A stretch of 56,673 bases of DNA, from the IMG/VR virus record IMGVR_UViG_3300036851_000348, positions 1 through 56,673 of that record; one strand, written 5' to 3'. Made by a program: the position numbers and the translations under genes. Below, piece by piece: positions 45,005 through 53,621 of the stretch. Under the pieces are notes generated by a model. It did no database searches and was not told the DNA's origin. It saw only the letters and a program-made list of their open reading frames with translations. Each line of letters opens with the position of its first letter. Position 1 is the stretch's first letter. This stretch comes from a virus (Duplodnaviria; Caudoviricetes).

Positions 45005-45856
45005 TTGCCCGATGCCTTTCAGAACCACTATCGCAGCGACTTCATCGCGGCGTTCGAGGACCGCGCCTCCGTCTTGCGCGCGACCACGACCCAGGAATCC
45101 GTCGTCAAGGGCAACCAGGCCATCTTCCTGGTCGCCGGCTCCGGCAGCGCCACCGCCACCGCCCGCGGCGTCGGCGGCATGATTCCGGCGCGTGCGGACG
45201 AGCTGACGCAAAACACCGCCGTTCTCAATGAATGGCATGATCTGGTGCGGCGCACCGACTTCAACATTTTCGCCAGTCAGGGCGACGGCCGCCGCATCAT
45301 GATGGAAACCACGATGGGCGTCATCAATCGCAAGATCGATGACCTCGTCATCACGGCGCTCGCGACCGCGACCAACGACACCGGGTCGGCGGTTCCCGCC
45401 AGCATCGACCTCGTCGTCAAGGCGCGCACCATCCTCGGCAACAACTTCGTCGACCTCAGCGACGAGGACAATCTGTTTTTCCTGATCTCGCCGGCGTTCG
45501 AGGGCTACCTGTATCAGGCGACCGAATTCGCCTCGGCCGACTACGTCGAGTCGAAGCCGTTCGCCGGCCCGGCCCGCAAGTTCCGCCGCTGGATGGGCTT
45601 CAACTGGGTCGTGCACTCGCGTCTGACCAACTCGGTCGGCGCCGGCGGCTCGGGCACCTCCGAGCAGTGCTACGCCTACCACCGGGACGCGATCGGCTGC
45701 GGCGTCGACAAGGCCGGGCTCGCGACCCCGGTCGGACACGACGAGGAGCAGGGCTACTCGTGGGCGCGCGCGAGCGTCCACATGGGCGCCATCCGGCTGC
45801 AAAACTCCGGCATCGTCCAAGTGCTCCATAACGGCAGCGCCTACGTGGCGACCTAA
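45005..45856 (+). CDS. Major capsid protein
   Basis: 283 aa; Y...F...FE.R.S.LR.T, INRKIDD.VI.AL, ADYV..KP, WMGFNW; GGAG RBS; follows the scaffold gene. Confidence 0.85.
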   Translation: MPDAFQNHYRSDFIAAFEDRASVLRATTTQESVVKGNQAIFLVAGSGSATATARGVGGMIPARADELTQNTAVLNEWHDLVRRTDFNIFASQGDGRRIMMETTMGVINRKIDDLVITALATATNDTGSAVPASIDLVVKARTILGNNFVDLSDEDNLFFLISPAFEGYLYQATEFASADYVESKPFAGPARKFRRWMGFNWVVHSRLTNSVGAGGSGTSEQCYAYHRDAIGCGVDKAGLATPVGHDEEQGYSWARASVHMGAIRLQNSGIVQVLHNGSAYVAT

Positions 45857-45871
45857 GAGGAGAACGCACAC

Positions 45872-46201
45872 ATGGCTTACGCTCGTTCCGGTTCCACGGC
45901 TGGCGCCAACCCGCCGGTCCTCCTGTTCCAGCCGATGGCGTTCGGCTCGCAGTCGACCTACGGCTCGACGATCGGCTCGACCCTCATCGGCGGAAAGGTC
46001 TGGTTCTACCAATCGACGCACGTCCAGGCGACGGTCGGCACCTCCGACTTCATCACCGACGGCCTCGACCTCGGCATGAAGCAGGGCGACATTCTGTTCA
46101 ACAACGCGATCAACCTCGCGCTGTCGGTCCACCGCGTGACCAACGTGGTCTCGACCAGCGTCACGCTGTCCGCCGGGCTCATGATTTCGTCCGCGTCGTA
46201 G
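45872..46201 (+). CDS. Capsid decoration/cement-like protein
   Basis: Small gene right after the capsid gene; GAGGAG RBS; DG.DLGMK.GDI motif; followed by a terminator. Confidence 0.65.
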   Translation: MAYARSGSTAGANPPVLLFQPMAFGSQSTYGSTIGSTLIGGKVWFYQSTHVQATVGTSDFITDGLDLGMKQGDILFNNAINLALSVHRVTNVVSTSVTLSAGLMISSAS

Positions 46202-46227
46202 TCCCCGCGTAAACGCCGACCCCCCTG

Positions 46228-46257
46228 GGGCCGCCTTCGGGCGGCCCTTCCCTTTTT
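46228..46257 (+). terminator. Rho-independent terminator
   Basis: GGGCCGCC-TTCG-GGCGGCCC followed by TTCCCTTTTT. Confidence 0.8.
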
Positions 46258-46266
46258 GGAGAACGC

Positions 46267-46770
46267 ATGACCGAACCGCAGAAGCCCGCGGCGCCCGCCG
46301 CCGCGCCCGCGCCTCAACCCGCGCCCGCGCCCAGGAAAGGCCCGCCGCCCCGGCTCCACTTCAACCGCTTCAAGCTGGTCGAGCACGCGCACCGGACGCA
46401 CCTCGCCGACATCCCGGCCGACATCGGGCCGGAGACCGTCGCCATGCCGGACTACTGGGCGCATCTCGCGGAACAGATCCGCCCCATGGATCTGATCGTC
46501 GCGTTCTGGGAGGACTCGTCGCGCGAGGTCTGGTATCGCGTCCTCTTCGTTTCCCCGGTCGGCGTCAAGCTCTCCAAGCTGTTCGCGGTCGACCACGAGC
46601 CCGCGTCCGAGGAGGAGACCGACGACGTGTTCAAGGTCGTCTTCAAGGGCGGCGGCCTCAAGCATTGCGTCGTCAGAAGCGACACCGGAGTGGTGCTGAA
46701 GGACCGCTTCCCGACCCGCTCCGAGGCGACGGCGTTTCTCGCCAACTACCTGCGCGAGATGAAGCGGTAG
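46267..46770 (+). CDS. Conserved phage hypothetical protein
   Basis: GGAGA RBS; P.YWAH.A..I.P.D.I. Confidence 0.6.
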   Translation: MTEPQKPAAPAAAPAPQPAPAPRKGPPPRLHFNRFKLVEHAHRTHLADIPADIGPETVAMPDYWAHLAEQIRPMDLIVAFWEDSSREVWYRVLFVSPVGVKLSKLFAVDHEPASEEETDDVFKVVFKGGGLKHCVVRSDTGVVLKDRFPTRSEATAFLANYLREMKR

Positions 46771-46774
46771 CGCC

Positions 46775-47422
46775 ATGGCCGCCAATAAATTGTCTCTCTA
46801 CAACTCGGCGCTCGCGGCGATCGGCGAACGGTCGCTCGCCTCGGGCGAGGCCAACGACGCCAGCCGCGCCTTGGACGAGGCCTACAATAGGGGTAACGGC
46901 GCCATCCGCTATTGCCTCGAGAGCGGCCTCTGGAACTTCGCGGTAAGAACCGTTCAGCTCGACAACGACGCCGCCGTGACTCCTGGCTTTGGCCTCACCA
47001 ACGCGTTCACCAAGCCGGATGATTTCGTGCGCTTGGTTCAGATCTCGCTCGACGAATATTTCTACACGCCGCTCAACGACTACGAGGACGAGCGCGGCTA
47101 CTGGTACGCCGACTCGACGCCGATCTACGTCCGCTACATCTCGGACGACGACGCGTACGGGGCCGACCTCTCGCTGTGGCCCGAGACGTTCACCATGTGG
47201 GTCGGGATGTACCTCGCGACCCAGATCGCGCCCCGGCTGAAAGCAGACATCGATATGGAGCGGCTGGAAAAGCGCGCCAAGCGCGCCCTCATGGACGCCA
47301 AGTCGAAGGACGCCATGAACGAGCCGGCCCGCTTCGCGCCGCCGGGAAGCTGGGTCAATGCACGGATGCGGGGAACGGCGACGCGGCGCGACCGCGGCTC
47401 GCGGTCGACGCTCACCGACTAG
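46775..47422 (+). CDS. Tail tubular protein A (adaptor)
   Basis: YN.AL..IGE..L, WNFA.R...L, P.DF.RL, F......LA..IA. Confidence 0.8.
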   Translation: MAANKLSLYNSALAAIGERSLASGEANDASRALDEAYNRGNGAIRYCLESGLWNFAVRTVQLDNDAAVTPGFGLTNAFTKPDDFVRLVQISLDEYFYTPLNDYEDERGYWYADSTPIYVRYISDDDAYGADLSLWPETFTMWVGMYLATQIAPRLKADIDMERLEKRAKRALMDAKSKDAMNEPARFAPPGSWVNARMRGTATRRDRGSRSTLTD

Positions 47423-48066
47423 CGGGCCTTTATGCCCTTGGTGCCCTTAGGCGTCGAGATGGTATCCTCAACGCTCCAGTTCCGTCGCCGCCGGTCCCGG
47501 ATGAGTTCTTCCGAGACGCCGGTCTCGCGTGCCAGTTCGGCGAGGGTGAATTCGCGACCGCGGTAGGTGACACGGACATTCGATCCGCGGTTATTGGCTT
47601 GCTCGCGTGTCGTCGCCCAGCGGACGTTGCCGGGCTCGTAGTTTCCGTCGTTGTCGATGCGGTCGATGGTAGCCCCGGCCGGCTTCTCGCCCATGTCGGC
47701 AAAGAAGTTCTCGAACGTTTGCCAGCGGTCGCAGACCGCAATGCCGCGGCCGCCGTATCGAGCGTAACTTTTGTGGCGAGCGTTTGTGCATCGTTCAAGC
47801 ATGTGTTGCCAGGTTCGCCAAGTCGGCGTGAGTTTCCCGCGCACACTTTGGCCGTGGGTCATTACGCGAAGGCCGACTTCGCGGCGGAGACAACCGCAGG
47901 ACTTCGCTCCGGCCCGCCGCAGAACGGCGGCGGCAACTCTAGTTTCTGCGCCGCAGTCACATCTGCAACGCCAAATCGCCGCCCCGTCGCTGGCCCGTGT
48001 GCCCACACGCTGGAGCGCGACAAGGCGATCAAAACGCCGCCCTGCCAGATCAATGGCCACTGTCAT
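47419..48066 (-). CDS. Free-standing HNH homing endonuclease, antisense, paralogue of 38820-39455
   Basis: DL.GRRF.RL..W.CRCDCG..KSCGC..YGGRGI.VC.RW..FENF.ADMG..IDRIDNDGNYEPGN.RWAT. Confidence 0.85.
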   Translation of the reverse strand: MTVAIDLAGRRFDRLVALQRVGTRASDGAAIWRCRCDCGAETRVAAAVLRRAGAKSCGCLRREVGLRVMTHGQSVRGKLTPTWRTWQHMLERCTNARHKSYARYGGRGIAVCDRWQTFENFFADMGEKPAGATIDRIDNDGNYEPGNVRWATTREQANNRGSNVRVTYRGREFTLAELARETGVSEELIRDRRRRNWSVEDTISTPKGTKGIKAR

Positions 48067-48082
48067 TCGGTGAGTGTAACAC

Positions 48083-50785
48083 ATGCGAACGAACGCAGTG
48101 CTCCAGGCCTTCAACAGGGGGCGTATTTCCAAGTTGGGCCTAGCGCGCACTGATCTCGATCGTACGCGTCTTTCGGCGGAAGTTTTCACGAACTGGATGC
48201 CAAGAGTTCTGGGCAGCATGATGCTGCGCCCCGGGCTCGGCCATATCGGGAGCGTCAGGAACTCGTCCGACGCCGTCATGCTGCCGTTCGTGTTCGCCTC
48301 CGACGACACGGCGCTGATGGAACTGACGAGTTCAGCGCTCCGCGTCTGGGTTTCGGACGCCGTCATCCAGCGCTCGGGCGTGTCGTCGTCGATGGTCAAC
48401 GGCGCGTTCACTTCCGACCTCACGAGCTGGACCGACGCGGATCAGTCGGGAAGCACCTCGTTCTTCGTCACGGGGGGCTATCTCGGGCTGGCGGGAACCC
48501 GCTACGCGTTCGCCAAAAGACGGCAGACGGTGACCGTCGCCTCGACCGACGCCAATGTCGAGCATGGGCTGGCGGTGGTCATCGACCGGGGGCGGGTCGT
48601 GTTCCGCGTCGGCTCGTCGACCGGGGGCGACGACTACGTCAGCGAGCGCACGCTTCGGCCGGGCAATTACTCGTTCGGCGTGACGCCGTCGTCGAACCTC
48701 TACGTCGAGTTTTCCGCCAACACCGAGTACGTCTCCCGGGTCAACTCGATCGCCATCGAAGCCTCGGGCGACATGGTGGTTTCGACGCCGTGGCCGGCCG
48801 CCGACCTCGACGACGTGCGGTGGGCGCAATCCGCCGACGTCACGTTCGCGGCCGCGCACGGCTACCAGCAGAGGAGAATTGAACGGCACGCGACCCGGTC
48901 GTGGGGCGTCGCCTTGTACGAGCCGGAGGACGGCCCGTTCAGAAGCATCAACATCACCAACAAGCGCCTCACGCCGTCGGCCTTGACCGGCGACATCACG
49001 CTCACGGCGGACGCGCCGGTGTTCGACTCGTCCCACGTCGGCGGGCTGTTCCGCATCACCTCGGTCGGGCAGCAGACGAGCGGCACCTTCACCGGCGCTG
49101 ACCAGTGGACCGACCCGATCCGCGTCACCGGCGTCGATAATTCGCGCATCTTCAACATCACCGTCTATTCCGCCGGCTCGACGACGGCGACCGTCAGGGT
49201 TCAGCAATCGGTCGGCGAGGTCGGCAACTGGGCCAACGTCACGCCGCTGTCGTTCACCACGTCGTCGACCACCACGCACGACGACACGCTCGACAACCAG
49301 ATCGTCTTCTACCGCATTGGAGTAGGCACCACCGACTTCACCTCGGGCACGGCGAGCGCCAAGCTCGACTATGCATCGGGCGGGCTGACGGGCGTCGCGC
49401 GCATCACCGCCGTCGCGGCCTCGACGTCGGCCAGCGCCGCGGTCCTCACCGCGTTCGGTTCAACGGCCGCCTCCGAGACTTGGTATGAGGGGGATTGGAG
49501 CGGATACCGCGGCTTCCCGTCGGCGTGCGCGCTGCACGAGGGCAGATTGTGGTGGGCCGGGAAGGCGAAAATCTGGGGCTCGGTATCGGACGCCTATGAA
49601 TCTTTCGACCCGGATAGTTCCGGCGATTCCGGGCCCATCAACCGCACCTTCGCCTCGGGCCCGGTCGACAAGATCGAATGGCTGCTGCCCTTGTCCCGCC
49701 TCGTCGCGGGCTCCGAAGGCAGCGAAATCTCCGCCCGATCGAATTCGTTCGAAGAACCCTTGACGCCGACCAACTTCAACCTGCGCGACGTTTCCAATCA
49801 GGGGTCGGATGGCGTTCCCGCGGTCAAGATCGACAGGCGGGGCCTCTTCGTGCAGGCCGGCGGCACCCAGCTCTACGAGCTGGTCTATGAGAGCCAAGAG
49901 TTCGACTACCAGAGCGTGAACAGGACGCTCCTGTGCCCCGAGTGGGGCGAACCCGAGATCATCCGCCTCGCCGTCCAGCGCCAACCCGACACGCGAATCC
50001 ATTGCGTGCGTTCCGACGGAAGCGTCGGCGTCCTGGTTTCGGATCCGTTGGAAGACGTCGTCTGCATGATCGACGTGAAGTCGACGGGGGCGAGCGGCGA
50101 AGTCGAGGACGTGGTGGTGCTCCCCGGCAGCGTCGAGGATTCGGTCTATTACCTGGTGCGCCGCGAGATCAACGGCTCGACGGTTCGCTATCTCGAAAAG
50201 TGGGCGCAGGAGAGCGAGTGCCGCGGCGGCTCCACCAACAAGCTGGCGGATTCGTTCCGGTCGTTCAATTCCGCGACCGCGGCGACCCTGGTGACGGGAG
50301 CGACCCATCTCGCAGGCTCGACCGTGGTCGCGTGGGGCTCGGCTGCGGGCGGGGTGGATCTGGGCTCGACGTTCGAGGTCTCGTCGACCGGGCAGTTCTC
50401 GATCCCGTCGGCCTACGCCTCGACCACCATCATGTACGGCTTGCCGTACTCGGCGTCGTTCAAGTCCGCCAAGCTCGCCTATGGGGCGCAGGGCGGCACG
50501 GCGCTGACCCAGCCGAAGCGGGTGTCGAATATCGGGCTCGTGCTCGCCGACACCCACCCGCAGGGGCTGGAGTTCGGGCCAAGCTCGACCCGGCTCGATC
50601 AGCTTCCGCGGCTCGAGGACGGCGCGCTGGTCTCGACCTCGTCGGGCATCAATACCGCCTACGACGAGCGCTCGGTCGGGTTCCCCGGATCGTGGGACAC
50701 GGATTCGCGGGTCTATCTCAAGGCGTCCGCGCCCAGGCCGGCGACGGTCCTCGGCATGGTCCTGACGATCGACACCAAGGGCTAG
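48083..50785 (+). CDS. Tail tubular protein B (nozzle/stabilization protein)
   Basis: 900 aa; FN.G.IS...AR.D..R, G....RPG, QSADV, P.....HE.RL...G; position after tail tubular A. Confidence 0.85.
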   Translation: MRTNAVLQAFNRGRISKLGLARTDLDRTRLSAEVFTNWMPRVLGSMMLRPGLGHIGSVRNSSDAVMLPFVFASDDTALMELTSSALRVWVSDAVIQRSGVSSSMVNGAFTSDLTSWTDADQSGSTSFFVTGGYLGLAGTRYAFAKRRQTVTVASTDANVEHGLAVVIDRGRVVFRVGSSTGGDDYVSERTLRPGNYSFGVTPSSNLYVEFSANTEYVSRVNSIAIEASGDMVVSTPWPAADLDDVRWAQSADVTFAAAHGYQQRRIERHATRSWGVALYEPEDGPFRSINITNKRLTPSALTGDITLTADAPVFDSSHVGGLFRITSVGQQTSGTFTGADQWTDPIRVTGVDNSRIFNITVYSAGSTTATVRVQQSVGEVGNWANVTPLSFTTSSTTTHDDTLDNQIVFYRIGVGTTDFTSGTASAKLDYASGGLTGVARITAVAASTSASAAVLTAFGSTAASETWYEGDWSGYRGFPSACALHEGRLWWAGKAKIWGSVSDAYESFDPDSSGDSGPINRTFASGPVDKIEWLLPLSRLVAGSEGSEISARSNSFEEPLTPTNFNLRDVSNQGSDGVPAVKIDRRGLFVQAGGTQLYELVYESQEFDYQSVNRTLLCPEWGEPEIIRLAVQRQPDTRIHCVRSDGSVGVLVSDPLEDVVCMIDVKSTGASGEVEDVVVLPGSVEDSVYYLVRREINGSTVRYLEKWAQESECRGGSTNKLADSFRSFNSATAATLVTGATHLAGSTVVAWGSAAGGVDLGSTFEVSSTGQFSIPSAYASTTIMYGLPYSASFKSAKLAYGAQGGTALTQPKRVSNIGLVLADTHPQGLEFGPSSTRLDQLPRLEDGALVSTSSGINTAYDERSVGFPGSWDTDSRVYLKASAPRPATVLGMVLTIDTKG

Positions 50786-50789
50786 GCGC

Positions 50790-51239
50790 GTGCTGACGTT
50801 CCAGGTCGAGTCTCTCGCCGACGTGCGCGAGGAGGCAGAGCCGTTGCTTATCAGGCATTGGCAAGAAATCGCCTTGAACCAAGACACGGTGCCGTTGGAC
50901 CCGGACTGGGCGGCTTACGAAAAGCTCGAGCACGCCGGCCGCTTGTGCATCACGACGGTCAGGGAAAACGGTAGGTTGATCGGCTACGTGTCGGACCTCA
51001 TCGGCGGCAACCTCCACTATCTGAGCCTGAGGTTGGCCGAGAACGACATCTTCTGGCTAGCGCCCGAGCATCGCCGGGGCCGCACCGGGGCGCGGCTCAT
51101 CCTTGAATCCGAGCGCAACGCGACGGCTCTCGGGGTCAACAAGCTCGTCAAGCGCGTCAAGCTCCACAACGACGTGGGGCCATTCCTGGAACGGCTCGGC
51201 TACGTCGCCATCGAGCGCGTTTACGTCAAGGGCGTCTAA
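50790..51239 (+). CDS. GNAT acetyltransferase-like protein
   Basis: DIFWL.PEHR.G..G.RL; ERLGY...E..Y.K. Confidence 0.8.
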   Translation: MLTFQVESLADVREEAEPLLIRHWQEIALNQDTVPLDPDWAAYEKLEHAGRLCITTVRENGRLIGYVSDLIGGNLHYLSLRLAENDIFWLAPEHRRGRTGARLILESERNATALGVNKLVKRVKLHNDVGPFLERLGYVAIERVYVKGV

Positions 51240-51833
51240 ATGGGTTTCTCGACCGCCACCTACCTCGCCATCGCGTCGGCCGCGATCGGTGCCTATGGCG
51301 TCTATCAGCAGGGCCAGGCGCAGGAAACCGCCGGCAAGGCGGCGGCGGGCGCGGCGGCGCACCAGGCGCAGCTTGCAGAGCGCGAGGCCGCGGCGCTCGA
51401 GATCAGCGCCGGCCAGGAACGCGCTGCGGCCCAGCGCAACATGCTGGCGGAACGGCGCCGGGCGGGGCTGGTATCGTCGCGCGCCCGCGCGGTGGCGTCG
51501 GCCTCGGGCGGCGCATTGGATAGTCCCGACCTCATCAACACCCTCGCCGACATCGAAAGCGAAGGCGACTTCCAGGCCGACACCGCGCTCTACAGCGGCG
51601 AGGAGCGGGGGCGCCAGCTCGAACACGCCGCGATGGTGAAGCGGGCGGGGGGCGTCGCCGACCTCTATGCCGGCGAGGTAGCGCGCCGGAGCGGCGCGGC
51701 GGCGCGGTCGCGGTCCTATCTCGCGGCCGGCGGCTCGCTCTTGGCGGGCGCGGCGCGCGCTTACGACTACGAGTACGGCTCGCCGCGCGCGCGTCGCCTA
51801 CTGCCGGGCGATGTTGGGTCAATTCAGGAATAG
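51240..51833 (+). CDS. Internal virion (ejection) protein
   Basis: Hydrophobic Ala/Gly-rich N-terminus; ARA..SASGG motif. Confidence 0.7.
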   Translation: MGFSTATYLAIASAAIGAYGVYQQGQAQETAGKAAAGAAAHQAQLAEREAAALEISAGQERAAAQRNMLAERRRAGLVSSRARAVASASGGALDSPDLINTLADIESEGDFQADTALYSGEERGRQLEHAAMVKRAGGVADLYAGEVARRSGAAARSRSYLAAGGSLLAGAARAYDYEYGSPRARRLLPGDVGSIQE

Positions 51834-51839
51834 AACCAC

Positions 51840-53621
51840 ATGGTGAAGATTCCCAGCGCCGCCGACCTCGGCGAGCGGCCGCGACTGCAAGCGCCGCGCG
51901 CGGTCGCCGATTATGGCGCGGCCGGAGCGGGCGTCAGTCGCGCGGCCGCGATCCAGCAGCGCGCCGCCGACCGCGCCGGAACCGAACTGGTCAAGTTCGG
52001 CGGCGGGCTCGAGAAGCTCGCGCTCGAGATCGGCGACGCCGAGTCGCGTATCCAGACTAGGCAGGACGCAGTTCTCCGGGCCAAAGACTATGGCGCCTTC
52101 AACGAGCGAAGCGATACCGAACTCCGCCGCCTGATGACCGAGGACGATCTCGCGCTGCCAGCGACAGTTGAAAAATACGGCCAGTTCCTCGACACCGAGC
52201 GCGACCGCGTCGTCAAAGGACACGCCGGTTCAAGTTTGAGCCGCACCGCGCTGAGCGAAAAGCTCGAGGCGTCGTCGTCGGCGATGCGCGGCCGGGTGGC
52301 GACCATGGCGCTTGAGGCGCAGGACAAGGCCGTCGTCGACCACATGGGCGGGCGGATGAACGTCTACACTAGCCGCGCCTATGAAAAGCCCGGTTCGCTG
52401 GTTGATCTGTATCGCTCCTACGACGCCGAGGTCGACGACATGCTGCCGGCGCTCCGCCCGGAACAGGAACGTTCGTTTCGCCGCGCCGGCCGCGAGCGCA
52501 TCGCCGAGGCGGCGATCGGCGGCTTGATCGCGCGCGGCGCCATGCCGGAAGCAAAGAAACTTATGGGCACACCTGGTCTGGCCGAGATCCTCGGCGAGCA
52601 AGCGCAGGGCCGCATCAACGCCAAGCTGTTCGAGGCCGACCGGGCGATTGCCGACGCCGAGACCGCAGGCTTGCGGAAGCGGGCCGAGTTGGGTGCGCTC
52701 CTCGGCCGCCAGCCGAACGAGGACGAGCTTCGCACCTACGCCGGGCTCGCGCCCAAGACCGACAAGCTGACGGAACTGCGGACGCTGCTGGGACGCGAGC
52801 CGACGCCGGAGGAAAGGGCGCAGGCGGCGGGCGTTGCGCCGAAGGACGACGAGCAGCTCGTCAAGGTCCTCAATCCCGACGGCACGGTCAAATATGCCAA
52901 GCGTTCGGAAGCGGTCGGCCAGAGCGCCCCGGACGAGGCCACTATGGTGATGGGGCCGGACGGCAAGCCGATCTACATGCGGGGCGGCGTCCAGGCGATG
53001 ACCGCTCTGCAGACCGGCATGACGCAGGCGGCGCAGACCGAACTCGACAAGGCGATCATCGCGGCGACCGGCACGCGCATGCAGGCGACCGAGATCACGC
53101 GCAAGTTCAAGCCAGAATATCAGGAAATCCCGACCAAGATCGGCATGGAGTGGACGGCGCTCAAGGAGAAGGGCGGCGGCTGGTTCGGCAAGGCCTCGGC
53201 CAAGGACAAGGCGGCGCTCACCGAGTTCGTCCAGTACCGAGCGGAATCGGCGCAGTTGTTCGCCAACATCCTGAAGGAGATGTCGGGCGTCGCCATCAAC
53301 CCGACGGAGTTCGAGCGCGCGGAAGCGTGGTTGCCGAATCCTGGGTCCGGCATGTTCGACGGTGACAGCCCGAGCGAGATGAAGGGCAAGACCGAGCGCT
53401 TCATCGATTTCCAGAACAAGGTGGTGGCCCGGCTCAGCTATGCCAGGAAGCACGGCCTCGCCATCAAGGACGTGTCGCTCGACGACATGCCGCAGCTGAT
53501 CCAGGAGCGGTGGGACGCGCTCGATAAGCAATTCGAGCAGAACGGCATGACCGAGGTCGAGATCCGCAGGCGCGCCGTCAGAGAACAGATCGCCCGCGAG
53601 TTCGGGTTTACCGGTCAATGA
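51840..53621 (+). CDS. Internal virion (ejection) protein
   Basis: 593 aa, helical; starts MVKIP; canonical position. Confidence 0.65.
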   Translation: MVKIPSAADLGERPRLQAPRAVADYGAAGAGVSRAAAIQQRAADRAGTELVKFGGGLEKLALEIGDAESRIQTRQDAVLRAKDYGAFNERSDTELRRLMTEDDLALPATVEKYGQFLDTERDRVVKGHAGSSLSRTALSEKLEASSSAMRGRVATMALEAQDKAVVDHMGGRMNVYTSRAYEKPGSLVDLYRSYDAEVDDMLPALRPEQERSFRRAGRERIAEAAIGGLIARGAMPEAKKLMGTPGLAEILGEQAQGRINAKLFEADRAIADAETAGLRKRAELGALLGRQPNEDELRTYAGLAPKTDKLTELRTLLGREPTPEERAQAAGVAPKDDEQLVKVLNPDGTVKYAKRSEAVGQSAPDEATMVMGPDGKPIYMRGGVQAMTALQTGMTQAAQTELDKAIIAATGTRMQATEITRKFKPEYQEIPTKIGMEWTALKEKGGGWFGKASAKDKAALTEFVQYRAESAQLFANILKEMSGVAINPTEFERAEAWLPNPGSGMFDGDSPSEMKGKTERFIDFQNKVVARLSYARKHGLAIKDVSLDDMPQLIQERWDALDKQFEQNGMTEVEIRRRAVREQIAREFGFTGQ

